Shown: positions 26,357 through 38,808 of the stretch, piece after piece
Numbering within the stretch: position 1 is the stretch's first letter
Layout of the letters: each line of letters begins with the position of its first letter
Source: Podarcis tiliguerta
Lineage: Eukaryota
Assembly (NCBI GenBank): GCA_965153285.1
Contig: OZ229114.1
Direction: 5' to 3' (one strand)
Length of the DNA stretch: 64,000 bases
Translations under genes and position numbers: made by a program
The notes under the pieces: model-generated
The model's input: only the letters and a program-made list of their open reading frames with translations
What the model was told of the DNA's origin: nothing
Database searches by the model: none

Positions 26357-26558
26357 GCAATAACTGCTATACTGCAGACAAAAATGCAATACATCTCACC
26401 GCAGTGGGGAGGAGACATGTTTGCTACCCAGGTGCTCACAGCTGATGATCAGTTTCAAGGCTGCTACTCTTCCTTCTTACAGTTCTTGGTCTTTAAACCA
26501 GACTTGGACTGGGCATACCTTCAAACAGGACTCCTCAAAGAGAGGGCTGCCCCATGGC

Positions 26559-26747
26559 CAGGGGTGCCAACTTGAATAAAATATTGTGGATGCCCAGGTA
26601 AGCCCCACCCCACATAATTGCTCACAAGATGTGGTGCATGCACACCATTTGAATGACAATGCTCATCAACTCTGGGGGGCCCCAGACACCTCAAATCTTT
26701 TATTAGGAGGGCAAAGGGACCTCAGCCCCTAGGAGTTGATTCCTATG
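26559..26747 (+). mobile_element. hAT MITE (CAGGGNTGCCAACTTGAATA family)
   Basis: Homology to the 16408 and 27748 copies; 6/8 TSD. Confidence 0.75.
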
Positions 26748-26759
26748 TCCATGACAGAC

Positions 26760-27105
26760 TGTCAGGAGTGCGTGCAGGATCCAGGCCCTGTAACTGGTAG
26801 GGCCTCACAGGACTGGCTTGACAGAAGACTCGTAGCACCTGGTGGCAAGGGCTGGGAGGCGTATATAAGACCAGCATTTCCCTCTAGCTCTTTGCCACAG
26901 CAAAGACTACCCACCTAGCTGTGCTTCGGCTTCCTGACTCTTGGACCCTTGGCTTCCTGACTCCTGGTTTCTTGATTTGTGGACTCTTGGCTTCCTGACC
27001 CTTGGACTGCTGACCCTGGACTGCTGATTCCTGCGTCCCGTCCTCTACCCTGGTCCTGACATACCAAGCCAGGACTCCAACTGCCTGTTAACCCGGACTG
27101 TGGCA
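26760..27105 (+). mobile_element. Solo LTR (Gypsy-like)
   Basis: TGTCA...TGGCA termini, TATATAA near 26862, internal CTTGGCTTCCTGAC repeats, 5-bp TSD CAGAC/CAGTC. Confidence 0.7.
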
Positions 27106-27747
27106 CAGTCCTTGAAACAGAGGAGTGTCTTCCATAAAGTAGGACACTGCTAGTGCTTTAAATGAACACTGCAAAACACATTCGAATGCCGCAATCTGAA
27201 GCTAGGCTCTTGAAACACTGTAATCTACTAGTCTAGGCCATGTACAACTTGCCTGGCCAGCTGCTTCTCGCTTCACGCCATTTAAAAACCTCCTTCATAA
27301 TTCAAAATTTCACTTGACAAGACAGGGATTTAAACAGATAACAAGGATCAGTGGGAAACAGTGTAGAAGACTCACTCATTCACTACAACATCAGCTCCTG
27401 GGACTGATATTTCAAAAGACTGATGGATGGGCGGTCAAGCAAGAGAGCAAAATGTATAATATACAGTACTGCAATGTTTTCTTGCCAGGGTAAAACAAAA
27501 CTGTCTTTCTGGGGATTTTACTGGAGTCTACGTATTTTATTTTGCTTCATTCATAGAATATTGCCCCTATGTCGCAAACAAGTGTCAGAGGCATATGCAG
27601 AGCCACAACCATCCCTTGAAAAAGGTTCTTATTTTAGCTGATTTCTTATGCCTGGTGCAAACATAATGTTTATGATTCCTAAGTTGGAAGAGGCTGTAGG
27701 ATTATGCAGTCGCTCCATCCTCTACCAGTTACCTCCTTCTGACCATG

Positions 27748-27947
27748 CAGGGATGCCAACTTGAATAAAAATATTGAGGGGGGGCAGGACAGGGAAGCTC
27801 TGCTCCACATAACCAAGCACATGACACAATGCACACACACCATTTGAATGGCAATGTCCATCAATTCCCCTCCCCCGCCCCCCTCCACCCTCAAATATTT
27901 TATTGGGGGGCTGAAAAACCCTCGGCCCCTCTGAGTTGGCTCCTATA
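27748..27947 (+). mobile_element. hAT MITE (CAGGGNTGCCAACTTGAATA family)
   Basis: Homology to the 16408 and 26559 copies. Confidence 0.75.
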
Positions 27948-29266
27948 CTACCACAGAACTCTTTAATCATGGAATAGTGTTAAAATCTGCCTCAATGCTA
28001 ACTAGGTTTACCCTCAAGTTTGAGACCAGTGTTTTATACTGGGTTGCAAAGGTCTGGTTACAAGGGAGTTAACATAACCAAGGTTAATGCTGATGCAAAG
28101 AGCATCAAGTATATAGCTTGAGTATAGCAGACAATCAAAGGGAAGGTGTGTGAAAGTTCACAACACACCTCATATCTCAAAAGGATACAAGATTACAGAA
28201 TGCTTTGTCTACACATTTGACCCTAGTTTTTGAAAACAGGAATTCTTTTTTATTTTATTTTATTTAAAAACACACACACCAATAAAACAGAGAAATCACT
28301 GCGCATTTTTAGCACTGCATTCCATTTTTTACCCTAGATTTTGCATCTTTGTTGTCATATTTTCCAGGTGTTCTTTCATTTCCACCCAATTTAGCAATGT
28401 TATCTCACTGGGTAATACTTTTGTTGTTGACCGTTTTCCTGTTCTGATTCCACACCTAAGGATCTACCATTCCATTTTGCTTCTTTATTTGATTTTACAA
28501 ACTTGCCACCTACAATTACCTGCCACAATGCAGAGTGATTTCTCCTTACATTATTTCGCACCCTTTAGTGGGTTTTCTCCTCTCTACCAAAGCCTTCAAT
28601 CAAACACTCTGTGACTCCAGGGCAAAATGTGGGACTGAAGAGGTAATGGAATGACATGAAACACAAATAGAAGCTAATGACCTTTAGCATTAGCAAGGCC
28701 TCATCTATCAACAAAAGAAAGTTATTTTAGAAGCTGCTAAAGACAGAAATGTTTGCTTGCTTTCCCCCTCTAACCATTTCGGACTAGGCACTCTAAAGAC
28801 TGTGTGACCCCTAAATAGTGAGTAAAAGGTTGTTCTTAAAGCACAATCCTAACCATGTGTAGTCAGAAGGAACTCCTACTGGATTCAATAGTGCTTTCTC
28901 CTAGGTAGGATTACAGCCTATGCTGCTGGTATAAATAAATGAAACTAATAAGCAGGAAACCTAAAGTAAATCGTGTTCACTGGTTCCAGTGGGACTTACA
29001 TCCTAGCATAAAAGTTCTAAAATTGTTGTGTGGCCCATGCAACATTTGTGATCATTTCATAAAATTTATAAACTGCTTGAGTGTAAATAAATAAATAAAT
29101 CTTAAAGTGGTTTACCAAAAAAAAAAAAAAAAAATGCCTAGGATTTTGAGAAATACTTTTAAATGGACTGCTAGTGCTAGACATTACCTCTGTTCTGAGT
29201 GAGTAGATATTTGGGCTGGCTCTACCATTAGGCAGAAAGAACCAGCCCCCAGTTAGCCTTATTTCC

Positions 29267-29542
29267 TATATATATATGTAATTATTAGTTTTTTAACATA
29301 CCATTTTCAACAATAATTAAACATACTTTTACATCTCATTCAATTTTTTTGACTTCCATCAGTCCTGTCTGAAAATTTTCCAATCTAATCTCTTAGTATG
29401 CATTTCTTATTTTCCCTATTACATTTCAAACTCATAACGAATATCTCTATCTTTTTCTACTTTGTAACACTTCGTATATTCTCCTTACAAAACTTCTTGT
29501 AGTCCTACTAGCGTAATTTGTTGATTACAGTTGATTAATCAA
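29267..29542 (-). mobile_element. Short 5'-truncated non-LTR retrotransposon 3' end (L1-like)
   Basis: 17-bp perfect TSD CAGTTAGCCTTATTTCC (29250-29266, 29543-29559); AT-rich tail side; inserted in a MITE. Confidence 0.7.
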
Positions 29543-29844
29543 CAGTTAGCCTTATTTCCATCTCCCTCTCAACGAGGCCAGCCATGCCTTACAGCAGGGT
29601 CAAGTGATCTGCTTTAGGCAGCACCAGGAGGGGGCTAGGGGAAGGCGGAGATTGCTGCCTGAAGGGGTGGATGGCTGTGTTTCTGAAGTGTCTTAAGTGT
29701 AGTGTGGGAGGGGTGTTGTGACTTGGGGTAGCCCTGTTTCCAAAGTCAGATTTGGATTCAAACAAGTGGAACTGGAGTCTAACAACAGTATGAATGTATA
29801 AGGGAAGGGAGGGGAGGGGAGCAGTGAGTGCTGATACTACTACA

Positions 29845-29870
29845 ACACACACACACACACACACACACAC
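29845..29870. repeat. (AC)n microsatellite
   Basis: Read directly. Confidence 0.95.
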
Positions 29871-29923
29871 CATAGCCCAAATGGTTAGACAAGCTTTTGG
29901 CTGTGATTGAGGCTCATGTGCAA

Positions 29924-30010
29924 ATTGATTGATTGATTGATTGATTGATCTGATTTATATACCGCCCTTCATCCTAGGTCCTCAAGGTGGTTTACAGTAT
30001 AAAAAAACAA
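29924..30010 (-). mobile_element. L2-type 3' end with (TTGA)n tail
   Basis: TTTATATACCGCCCTTC...CTCAAGGTGGTTTACA next to the tetranucleotide repeat. Confidence 0.55.
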
Positions 30011-31450
30011 ATAAATTAGTATGGGCAATATTACAATCTCAGTCCACAGAACGAATGAATGAATGAAACTTTATTTGCGTCAGCCATAGCAACAAAAGAA
30101 CATTGTGATACACACAAAACAAAATAAGAAGTCGATTGTATAAAACACAGTTTCGGGTCCTGAATCAGCAGTCCAATAGTGGACCTTGTTCTGATTGCTC
30201 CAGTCCATAAATCTTCACACAAAGAAGCACCCAAACAAAGTTGAATTCTCACCCATCAAACAGACATTTGGTTCTTGATTAGGGATATCAGAAAGTAGGG
30301 TGGATTTAGAAGGGGAGGGGTGAGTTTAAGAAGTCTGAGATGAACAAAGGATCATCTCTCAATACTACCTCAGAGAATACCATTACATTATAAAAGCTAA
30401 GCAGATCTACACTTTGTCAATGCTTGTATTGATAGACTGTCTTTAAATTTCACATAAGCTGATCTGAGCTTTCTGAAGCAAGAACCAGGAACTACTGCAA
30501 TGAGTACATATGTACAATGAGTACATATGTACATATATATATATGCAAAAGAATTGTGCCATCTGCCTTTGCATCAAAATAGAGAGAGGGTCCTAGGAAG
30601 GTGTAAAAACACACTGCAACCCTGCTGCTATCCAATTGCATCTGCCAAGTGAAACTTGCTTATTAAATAAGGTTAAATGTTGGATATGTCAAAAAGAAGA
30701 GAAAGAGAAATCAGCCAAAACTCAAAAATGAAATGAATAATGTAAAGGAAAAGAAAATGTCTAAGGCCACAAGACACCAGTAAGGAACCTTGTTTGAGAT
30801 GCAGGAAATATTACATTTCAATTTGTAATGTTAATCCATTTTACTGCAACAATCATGTACTGTGTAAGCATGAGGACAGGCTGCCTGGATTCTCATGCAC
30901 TAGGTGACCTTACTTGTCATTTCAATCAATGCTACAATTTAAAGTCTTGATTAAGCATTATCTGAGTTCAAGCTAAATGGGGAAAGCAAAAAACATTGCA
31001 TTACTGCTCTCATTTTTGCCCATGGTCCTGCAGATCTAAAAGCAATGGCTGACACAACGTGATTCTTACAGAATTTATTAACTATGAGCACAAAATGTCA
31101 CTTAGGAAACAGCATTTCTGTTTGTGAAACAAACATAATCCCAGATCTGTATATTCCTAAATGTGTTTACTAGGAATTAAGTCCCACTGATTGATGTGTT
31201 TGCATCTGACTATCTGTAAGGGTAGCACCTTTTTCCCTTCACAGTCAGCAGGTATTAGGTATGCCTTTAGAGATTCTATATTGGGATGGCAGCCTAAGAG
31301 GGAGAAAACTGGCTTATGCCCCCAAACTTATCTCCCACCCCTGTTGTGCCCCTGAATTTTGGCCAGCACAAAGTGGCTGTCATGGGTTGCACAAATACAG
31401 AGGTGCCAGGACTCCTTACTAGTGAGCAATGTCACATACAAAAAGCCATA

Positions 31451-31636
31451 CAGTGGACCCTCCAGGGGTCCGTCCACACCCAAAAAGTCCATAGGCAAAG
31501 GCCTCACTTCTGCGCATGCACATTCATAACCCATTCGTAACCTGAAAGTTACGTATCGCGTTCGTAACCTGAAAGTTTCACGTTCGTAAACCGAAAGTTA
31601 TGTATCCAGAGCGGTACGTAACTAGAGGTTCCACTG
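31451..31636. mobile_element. Tigger/pogo-like MITE (second family)
   Basis: TIR CAGTGGACCCTC / GAGGTTCCACTG, TA TSD, internal TTCGTAACCTGAAAGTT repeats. Confidence 0.8.
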
Positions 31637-31680
31637 TATATGCCAGATTCTCTCTTCTTTTGACAGAGATGTAAGTTGTT

Positions 31681-31820
31681 GCTGGATAGCTCAGTCTGCA
31701 GAGCATGAGACTCTTAATCTCTGGGTCATGGGTTTGAATCCCACATTGGGTGAAATATTCCTGCATTGCAGGCGGTTGGGCTAGATGACCTTCATGACAC
31801 CTTCCAATTCTATTATTCTA
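31681..31820 (+). mobile_element. tRNA-Lys(CTT)-headed SINE with CR1-type tail
   Basis: Head TAGCTCAGTC..AGAGCATGAGACTCTTAATCTC.GGGTC closely resembles tRNA-Lys; tail ATTCCTGCATTGCAGG..TTGG.CTAGATGACC. Confidence 0.85.
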
Positions 31821-33399
31821 AATAAATGTATGTATATATTGTGTAGCTCAATTGAAATTATAGTTAATTTATACTTAATTATTGCCTGCATAACTTATCA
31901 GACCCACAAGTGTCATTTGTTGCATGTTGACCTGAAAAAAGGGGGATAAGGAAAACCAATTCCTTTCCCATTTGCAAACACTTCTCTGCCTAGTCATCTG
32001 GGGGCACATTTCTCCTCACAGGAGACCAGAAGTGTGACTATTTACAAGCCTACATTAAGGTTATATTGCAGTGGGCAGGGAAGGAACAACGTTCACCAGG
32101 TTGGAGCATTAGAAAAGCAATACCTGTTTACGTCTGCAGGAAAGTTTGCACGGCCAACATGGCCTAATGCCATGTTTTAAATTTTCTCATTACCAAACAG
32201 GATTTATAAAGGTCTCAGAGATAAAAGCTCCCACTTACATCATTGCAAGGCAGGACTAAATAGACTGCAGTCAATGGAGGAGAACTGAGCTGATAACAAG
32301 GCTTATTATCTTCACTTAAAAAATGGATTCCACCATGAAGGCAAGAGGATTCTGTCCAAGGAGACAACCAGAGATGCCTGAAAGCACACTGTGTCCTCAC
32401 AGTTTAACGGTACCAGAATTGAGTTCCTGACCTCAGCAACTTTCCATATACTAATTAGGATATAATGCAGGGAAAAGGTCACATTTGGATAATGCAGTGA
32501 GAATTAATATCTAATGTCCTTGCAATTGTCTTTGATTTGATTATGTGTACACTGCCAGCAGAAGATTTAATATTATGCATTTTATTCATATTCACTTTGT
32601 CAAACATCTCTTGTAGAAAGAGTACTAATCCCAAGATGCATTTATTCTGATTGAAGGAGAAAATTATTTGAAGAACCAGCATGCATAGTTAATAGTATCT
32701 TAAAGAATCGGGCAATATTTTCCCCCCATTTTGATTTTCTACCAACTTTGTATTTATTAGAGTTGCTTTATCACCAAGTAATATACCAGTGGCACATGAG
32801 CATAAGCCTCTTTTCAGCATTACTGCAGTTGGTATGATATTCTAGGCTAGTCTGAGTGGAGGGGTACTTATAAGAAGAGGTAGAAGGTGCCTGGCAGATA
32901 AATAGGTTGCTGAGAGCCTATTCATGTGAGAGCCACAGTCATAATCCCACCCCCCCACCCCCTTCTCAACTCTGTTGACATGCTGGTAGTCTGATAACCA
33001 GATCTGGTCTAGGGCAAGTTTGGAGACCCTGTGGCCTTCCACTGATGGACTCCAACTGCCATCAGCCCCAGGCAGTATGGTCAATGATCAGAGCTGATGA
33101 AAACTGTGGTCCAACATTACCCGAAGATGCGCCAACTGCTGATTCTTATTCTCTTGGACTTCTTTTGATCCATCTATATACTTGAATCTAAATCCATTTC
33201 TGTATCACTGTATAATCTGTATACAATTATTCCTTATCAGTTGTGCATGAAAACTAAAAGTTCCTGAATTCCTCCCCATGTTTTATCCTCCCCAAGCTTT
33301 AGGAAGATTTTGGGGAACTTCAAAAAATATCTAAGATGGGCTCACTTTTCAAATGGAAATCTAGACAACAAGATCAGGATGTGCACTTCATTGCAAATA

Positions 33400-33630
33400 C
33401 AGTAGTACCTCAGGTTACAGACACCTTGGTTTACAAACACTTCGGATTACAGACTCCGCTAACCTGGAAGTAGTACCTTGGGTTAAGAACTTTGCTTCAG
33501 GATGAGAACAGAAATCATGGGGTGGCAGCGGGAGGCCCCATTAGCTAAAGTGGTACCTCAGGTTAAGAACAGTTTCAGGTTAAGAACAGACCTCTGGAAC
33601 GAATTAAATTCATAACCAGAGGTACTACTG
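33400..33630 (+). mobile_element. Tigger/pogo-like MITE (5912 family)
   Basis: TIR CAGTAGTACCTC at both ends, TA TSD. Confidence 0.92.
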
Positions 33631-33766
33631 TACATGCTTAATATTCTGCCCAGAGTTCATAACTGTTGTCATTTAGGCTTCAAACTGATGCAATTAAAAA
33701 AATAATTTAAAAATGCTCAAAACTTCAGTAGACCTTTACAAAATACTCATTCTGTTCTTAGCATTA

Positions 33767-33776
<10 letters not shown>

Positions 33777-33807
<31 letters not shown>
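33777..33807. repeat. (AC)n microsatellite
   Basis: Read directly. Confidence 0.95.
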
Positions 33808-33810
<3 letters not shown>

Positions 33811-34129
33811 CTCTTGTTTTCTTTCTGGATGTTCCTGTTATATTTTTAAAAATCGTCACAATCAAGCTGTACATGTGCCTATCTGCATGAAAATGAGGCT
33901 GTGCATTTCAATTCGATATTGGATTCTGAGTTCCATTCAGAGGACTGCTTGGATGCACATCTGCAATGACTCCTTTTTTTCTCCATTTATGCTGGCACCT
34001 CCTCCGCATTAAGCATAACCACATTGTTACATTTTCCGGTTCGTTAACAAAAACGCTTGATACAAGCCCAGATCTCTTTTCTCACCATCACACCCATTTC
34101 TACCACATCATTTACCAGAAAGTTAGGTT

Positions 34130-35305
34130 TACCGTATCATAGGTATTCGGGGCCAGGCAGGAATTTTCCCTCCTGCTAAATAGGGCCTGTCTGTGAGTTT
34201 TGCCTACCCTCATAGCAATTGTCACAACTTGTTGGCAAGACAGTCACTGGCATGAATCCTGCCCCCCCCAAAGGAAATGGGGTACCCCAGGGAGAGGTCC
34301 TTATGTTTGGATGCTCAGACAGCAGACGGGGAACCACAGGACACCCTCAGTTGGCAATTCTGTGAGGGTACATCATAAGGCGATCCTTTGCCCAGGGTTG
34401 ACCCTAACAGTTAGTCAAACAGCAGTTGGGCTGTGTCATGAATTGGCAGGCCAACGGGGAGGAGAAAGAGGATCCCAGCAAGGGGTGTAGCCGCGACTGG
34501 TACACACCTGGGCAAGATGGGGATGGAGAAGAAGAGGATGGGCATATAGAAAGTACTCACGGGACAACAAATGATGGCGGGGGGATGGAAGTCAGAGCAC
34601 AAGAACCAGAGGAACACTATCCATCATCAGAGCCAGAGAGGCCCCCATCTCCATGAACATGGCAGGTTCTGAGGCGTAGGGAGCTCCAGGAGGTATGCTC
34701 TAGGAAGCTGAGGCAGGCAAGGGCCCATAGCCCAGCTCACTAGCTGGCCAGGTGGGGCTCCTTAGCTCTGGGAGGAGGTGTGTGATTCCTCAGCTGCATT
34801 AGGCCCAGGACAGGTGAGAGTCACATCAAGCCCAGATGCTGAAGTCAAGATCCAATGGATAAAAGGGAAGCAGAGCTGAGGTGCTGGGTTTGCACAACTT
34901 CCCATGTTGATGGACCATGGCTTGGGTTTCCTAGGTGCTCCATGGGACTGTGCTTTTGGGGACTGAGTTCCAGGTTCCCTGACCCTGGGTCAGCTGTAGA
35001 GGTGGAAATCTGGTCGGACTGTTGGACTTGGTTTAGTGTATTGAAGACTGACCATGTTTCCTGACGTGTTGGACTGCCGGACTACCTGCTAGCATTTGCC
35101 CTTGAGACTGTATTCACTAGCAGGACTGGTTGCTATGTATGCTGGGGTTCAGGATAGGATGGATGATTCAGGATACACACCCAATGCCTATGCCAAAACC
35201 TACTGACGTCTATAATCAATAAAGTTGTGGCCTGCTTAATCCCAAGACGTGTCTTGTGCTTGTTATACCTCTCCCTGTGCCCCACTGGCAGAGGGCTCAC
35301 TGCAC
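34130..35305 (+). mobile_element. DIRS/Ngaro-like terminal-repeat remnant split by an LTR insertion
   Basis: Motifs TTTTGCCTACCCTCATAGCAA and AATAAAGTTGTGGCC, recalled from reptile tyrosine-recombinase retroelement termini; assignment from memory only. Confidence 0.4.
34434..35127 (+). mobile_element. Solo LTR (Gypsy-like)
   Basis: Starts TGTCATG, GATAAAAG TATA-like box near 34858, GGAC-rich 3' part, ends CAGGACT; 5-bp TSD GGCTG/GGTTG. Confidence 0.6.
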
Positions 35306-36567
35306 CTGGGCCCACAAGAACATTTTAGCACACAACCTGCAGGAAAGAAGGAATGGTTGTGGGGCAGAACAATCCTCCATGTGATCAGGGAATAAGAGAG
35401 TGGTGGATCAATTCCCACATCCCTCCCCCTCCCACCTTCCTCCTTACAAGGCAGAGTCTTAATTTCTCTAACAGGCACTAAGTTGACCATTCAATTCACT
35501 GTCAAACTCAAGCAGAGGCTACTTTAACAATAATCAAAATAATCATCTAACAGCCACTGTGGAATGGGCCCCACTAATGCTGTGCTCTTCACAGGAGTGG
35601 CTCCATTCATCAGCAGGGTTTTGTACTTGCTCACCGAATCCCAAGTTAATCTGACAGTGTGGATTGTTGTGCTCTCCCATTCTTTTCCTTGCCCTAGTGC
35701 CATGTTCCAAAGGGAAGCATGCACCCAAAGCATCACTAGCTAATCTAACATGGATGCTTTCTTTCCCTCCTCCTGCTCTGCAAATTGCTCTAGCGTTGAG
35801 CTCGGGCTGCCATGTATATGACAGCCAGAATGATGGAACTAGCAGGAGGCACTTACCAACAAGAATAATTTCAAAATTTACTCTGCTAATACAAGCAGCC
35901 CTTCAAAGTGGAGATAGGATGTCAGATGGCATTTCGTCACATATTTATTTGAACCAAAGGCCTATGATCAACGTGACGAAGAGAGGCGGCAAAATAACAT
36001 GCATCACTGATAGCTGCTAAAAAGTTATCGGTGGTGGAGAAAATGTCTTCTTCCAAACATGAAGAGAGGATGATGAAGGTAATAGCTTCAAGCCTGAGCA
36101 GACTGATTTCTATTACTGCGGTGCATGTCCTCCAAGCAAAGCATGTTTGTTTGTCTCGCAGGCGCTGCAACGCTTGTCATCATTTTATTAAGCAGAAACA
36201 AAACTATGACATTGAGGCATGGCTTTTCCCTTGCAGCTTGTGTCTGACTCACTAAACCAAAAACCTGAGAGGGAGAAATTGGAAGTTGGGGAAAGGAAAA
36301 AAGCATCTAGTGTACAGCTGGAGTACTGTGTGGTCTAATATATCTTTCTTCATAGGGATGCTACTGGGATGCTACATCAGAATTTGAGGGGTTTGGTTCC
36401 CCCCTTCCCGCTCCCTGCGTGAAGTGCACAGATATCCCAAAAGGCCCCAAGAAAGCCCCAGAATGTCTAGTCGTTCCCAGACACCTCTTGGCTCTGTCAC
36501 ATATCCTATGGACAACATAGGAAGCTATGATTAAGTAAAAGTCAAAACTTCTGGACTCTCCCTCTTG

Positions 36568-37209
36568 CAGAGGAGCCAACATCTGAAAAAGATTGTGGGG
36601 GCCTGATGCAATGTCCTGACATCACACATGTGATGCCACGAGGAGCCAGGGATGGAGTCATATGCGGAGGAAGCATGACCCCAGTGGCTGGCACCCCCTG
36701 TTCCCCCCTCCTCCAGCTGTGCAAGGAAAAGATGGGGAAACCTGCTCTCAGCCAGTGGTGGCGGCAGCAGCAGCAGCAGCAGCAGCAGGAGAAACTGCCA
36801 ACCACGAGAGCCGCATTGTGACATCACATGTGTGATGTCACAAGGAGCCAGGGACAGAGTCATGGGCGGAGGCAGCACAACCCCAGTGGCTGGCATCCCC
36901 TGTCCCCCCCCCTCCTGCTGTGCAAGGAAAAGATGGGGAAACCTGCTCTCAGCCAGTGGTCAACCACTAGAGCCGCATTGTGCTTGGCTCTAGTATCAGC
37001 CTCCTTTGCCTCCTCCTGCACCAACACCAGCTCAGGGGCTGCTTCCTCTGTTCCTCCCCCAAGTGGTAGGAGGAGGAGCCACTGGCCACCAAAGCCATCT
37101 GGCTCCACATTCAGCCTCCTCTGCCCTCTGAACATTGGAGGGGGCGGCCCCTTCAAAAAAACACATAGGGGGAGCAAAGTGCCTTGGCCCCTAAGAATTG
37201 ATGCCTATG
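36568..37209 (-). mobile_element. hAT non-autonomous element with internal tandem duplication and (CAG)8
   Basis: 7/8 TSD CCCTCTTG/TCCTCTTG; ends homologous to 17680-18138; repeat units 36617-36818 and 36819-~36980. Confidence 0.8.
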
Positions 37210-37217
37210 TCCTCTTG

Positions 37218-37463
37218 GAGCCAGTGCGGTGTAGTGGTTAAGAGCGGTAGACTTGTAATCTGGTGAACCGGGTTCGCTTCCCCGCTCCTCCACATGCAGC
37301 TGCTGGGTGACCTTGGGCTAGTCACACTTCTCTGACGTCTCTCAGCCTCACTCACCTCACAGAGTGTTTGTTGTGGGGGAGGAAGGGAAAGGAGATTGTT
37401 AGCCGCTTTCAGACTCCTTAGGGTAGTGATAAAGCGGGATATCAAATCCAAACTCTTCTTCTT
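37218..37463 (+). mobile_element. Squam3-like SINE
   Basis: Full-length head, body and (CTT)n tail. Confidence 0.95.
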
Positions 37464-38453
37464 GGCTGTGTGGGGAGGAGCGAGACAGAAGTGCATGGGC
37501 CTGGGGGAGCCTCATTCCTCTGTCATTAAACCACAGATCAACATGATGTTCAAAAGCTACCACAGTCTGTTTGGTCCAAGTTAAGCTGAAAGCTGTACCA
37601 CGCCTTGCTAAAATGCTTCTAAACTGTGCCCACAAATTCATCAGCATTAACGGATCTAGACTATGTTGTTTCATTAACTCTAATTGGATGGGAGCCTTTT
37701 GCTGAAACATTAAAGAACAGTTTCGGTTTGACACTCCTTGTGTATTTCAGGTAAAATAAATATTTTCAGCTAGCTGTAAGTGAGAAGAAAGAGTTACAAT
37801 AGGAGTCCCAACATAACCTTAAAGTGGGCTTTATTTTGAGAGAAAAGTATAATAAAGGGCTGCTTTTCCCTTAAAAAGAGCAATACCCGATAGTCGCACT
37901 CAGTTATTAAGAGCTTAAAATACAGACAAAGCTGTATAATTCAATAGCAAAGGCACTTTACTGGAAGTAAGAAACATTTAGAGTCTTTTAACACAAGCCT
38001 CACGTCCCAAAATACTAGTTGTAATGGACTCCACACTCTTTTGATTGTTTAATACACAGTCAGAGAAATTGCTGCATAAAGTGCAATTCTCCTAGGATGC
38101 AAAGGGATAAGGGTTGTGTTAGGTCTTATTCTTTGACCCAATACAAGAGGGAGGCTAATGTATTATCTCGTCTACAACTAGGCGGGAGGAGGGGGCAGGG
38201 TCATTCCTCATGCATTCACCCCCACCTACTTCTTAGCTAAATGTTTCCTTTTTCCAAGGGTCTAAAGACCTGTGCATTGCAATGTACCATGTGATATCAC
38301 CTCACTGTAAGTTTCCCTAACCTCTCTACTTCATTGGCCGACAGTCTAGCAAGGCCACATTACATAATTGCATGACAATAGTTCTCAATAAGACAAAGCA
38401 GCAAAGCATGTTCCCCCAGCATTTAGTTTTAATAGACAATGTAGATATGGCTT

Positions 38454-38808
38454 GGCACTGTGGTCTAAACCACTGAGTCTACGGCTTCCTGATCAGAAGG
38501 TCGGCAGTTCAAATCCCCATGGCGGGGTGAGCTCCCATTGCTCAGTCCCAGCTCCTGTGAACCTAGCAGTTCAAAAGCACATCAAAATGCAAGTAGATAA
38601 ATAGGTACCACTCCAGTGGGAAGGTAAACGGCATTTCTGTGCGCTGCTCTGGTTTCGCCAGAAGCGGCTTAGTCATGCTGGCCACATGATGCGGAAAAAC
38701 TGCCTGCGGACAAATGCCAGCTCCCTCAGCCTGTAAAGTGAGAAGAGCACCGCAACCCCAGAGTCATCTGTGACTTAACTGTCAGGGGTCCTTTACCTTT
38801 ACCTTTTT
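38454..38808 (+). mobile_element. Sauria SINE
   Basis: Family homology, ACCTTT tail, 12-bp TSD TAGATATGGCTT. Confidence 0.95.

Noticed and set aside
30498-30536. 17-bp tandem duplication CAATGAGTACATATGTA
   Set aside because: Ordinary local slippage duplication.
31681-31752. tRNA-Lys gene
   Set aside because: The stems and T-loop are mutated and it is fused to a CR1 tail, so it is a SINE head. The same applies to the tRNA-Ile-like heads.
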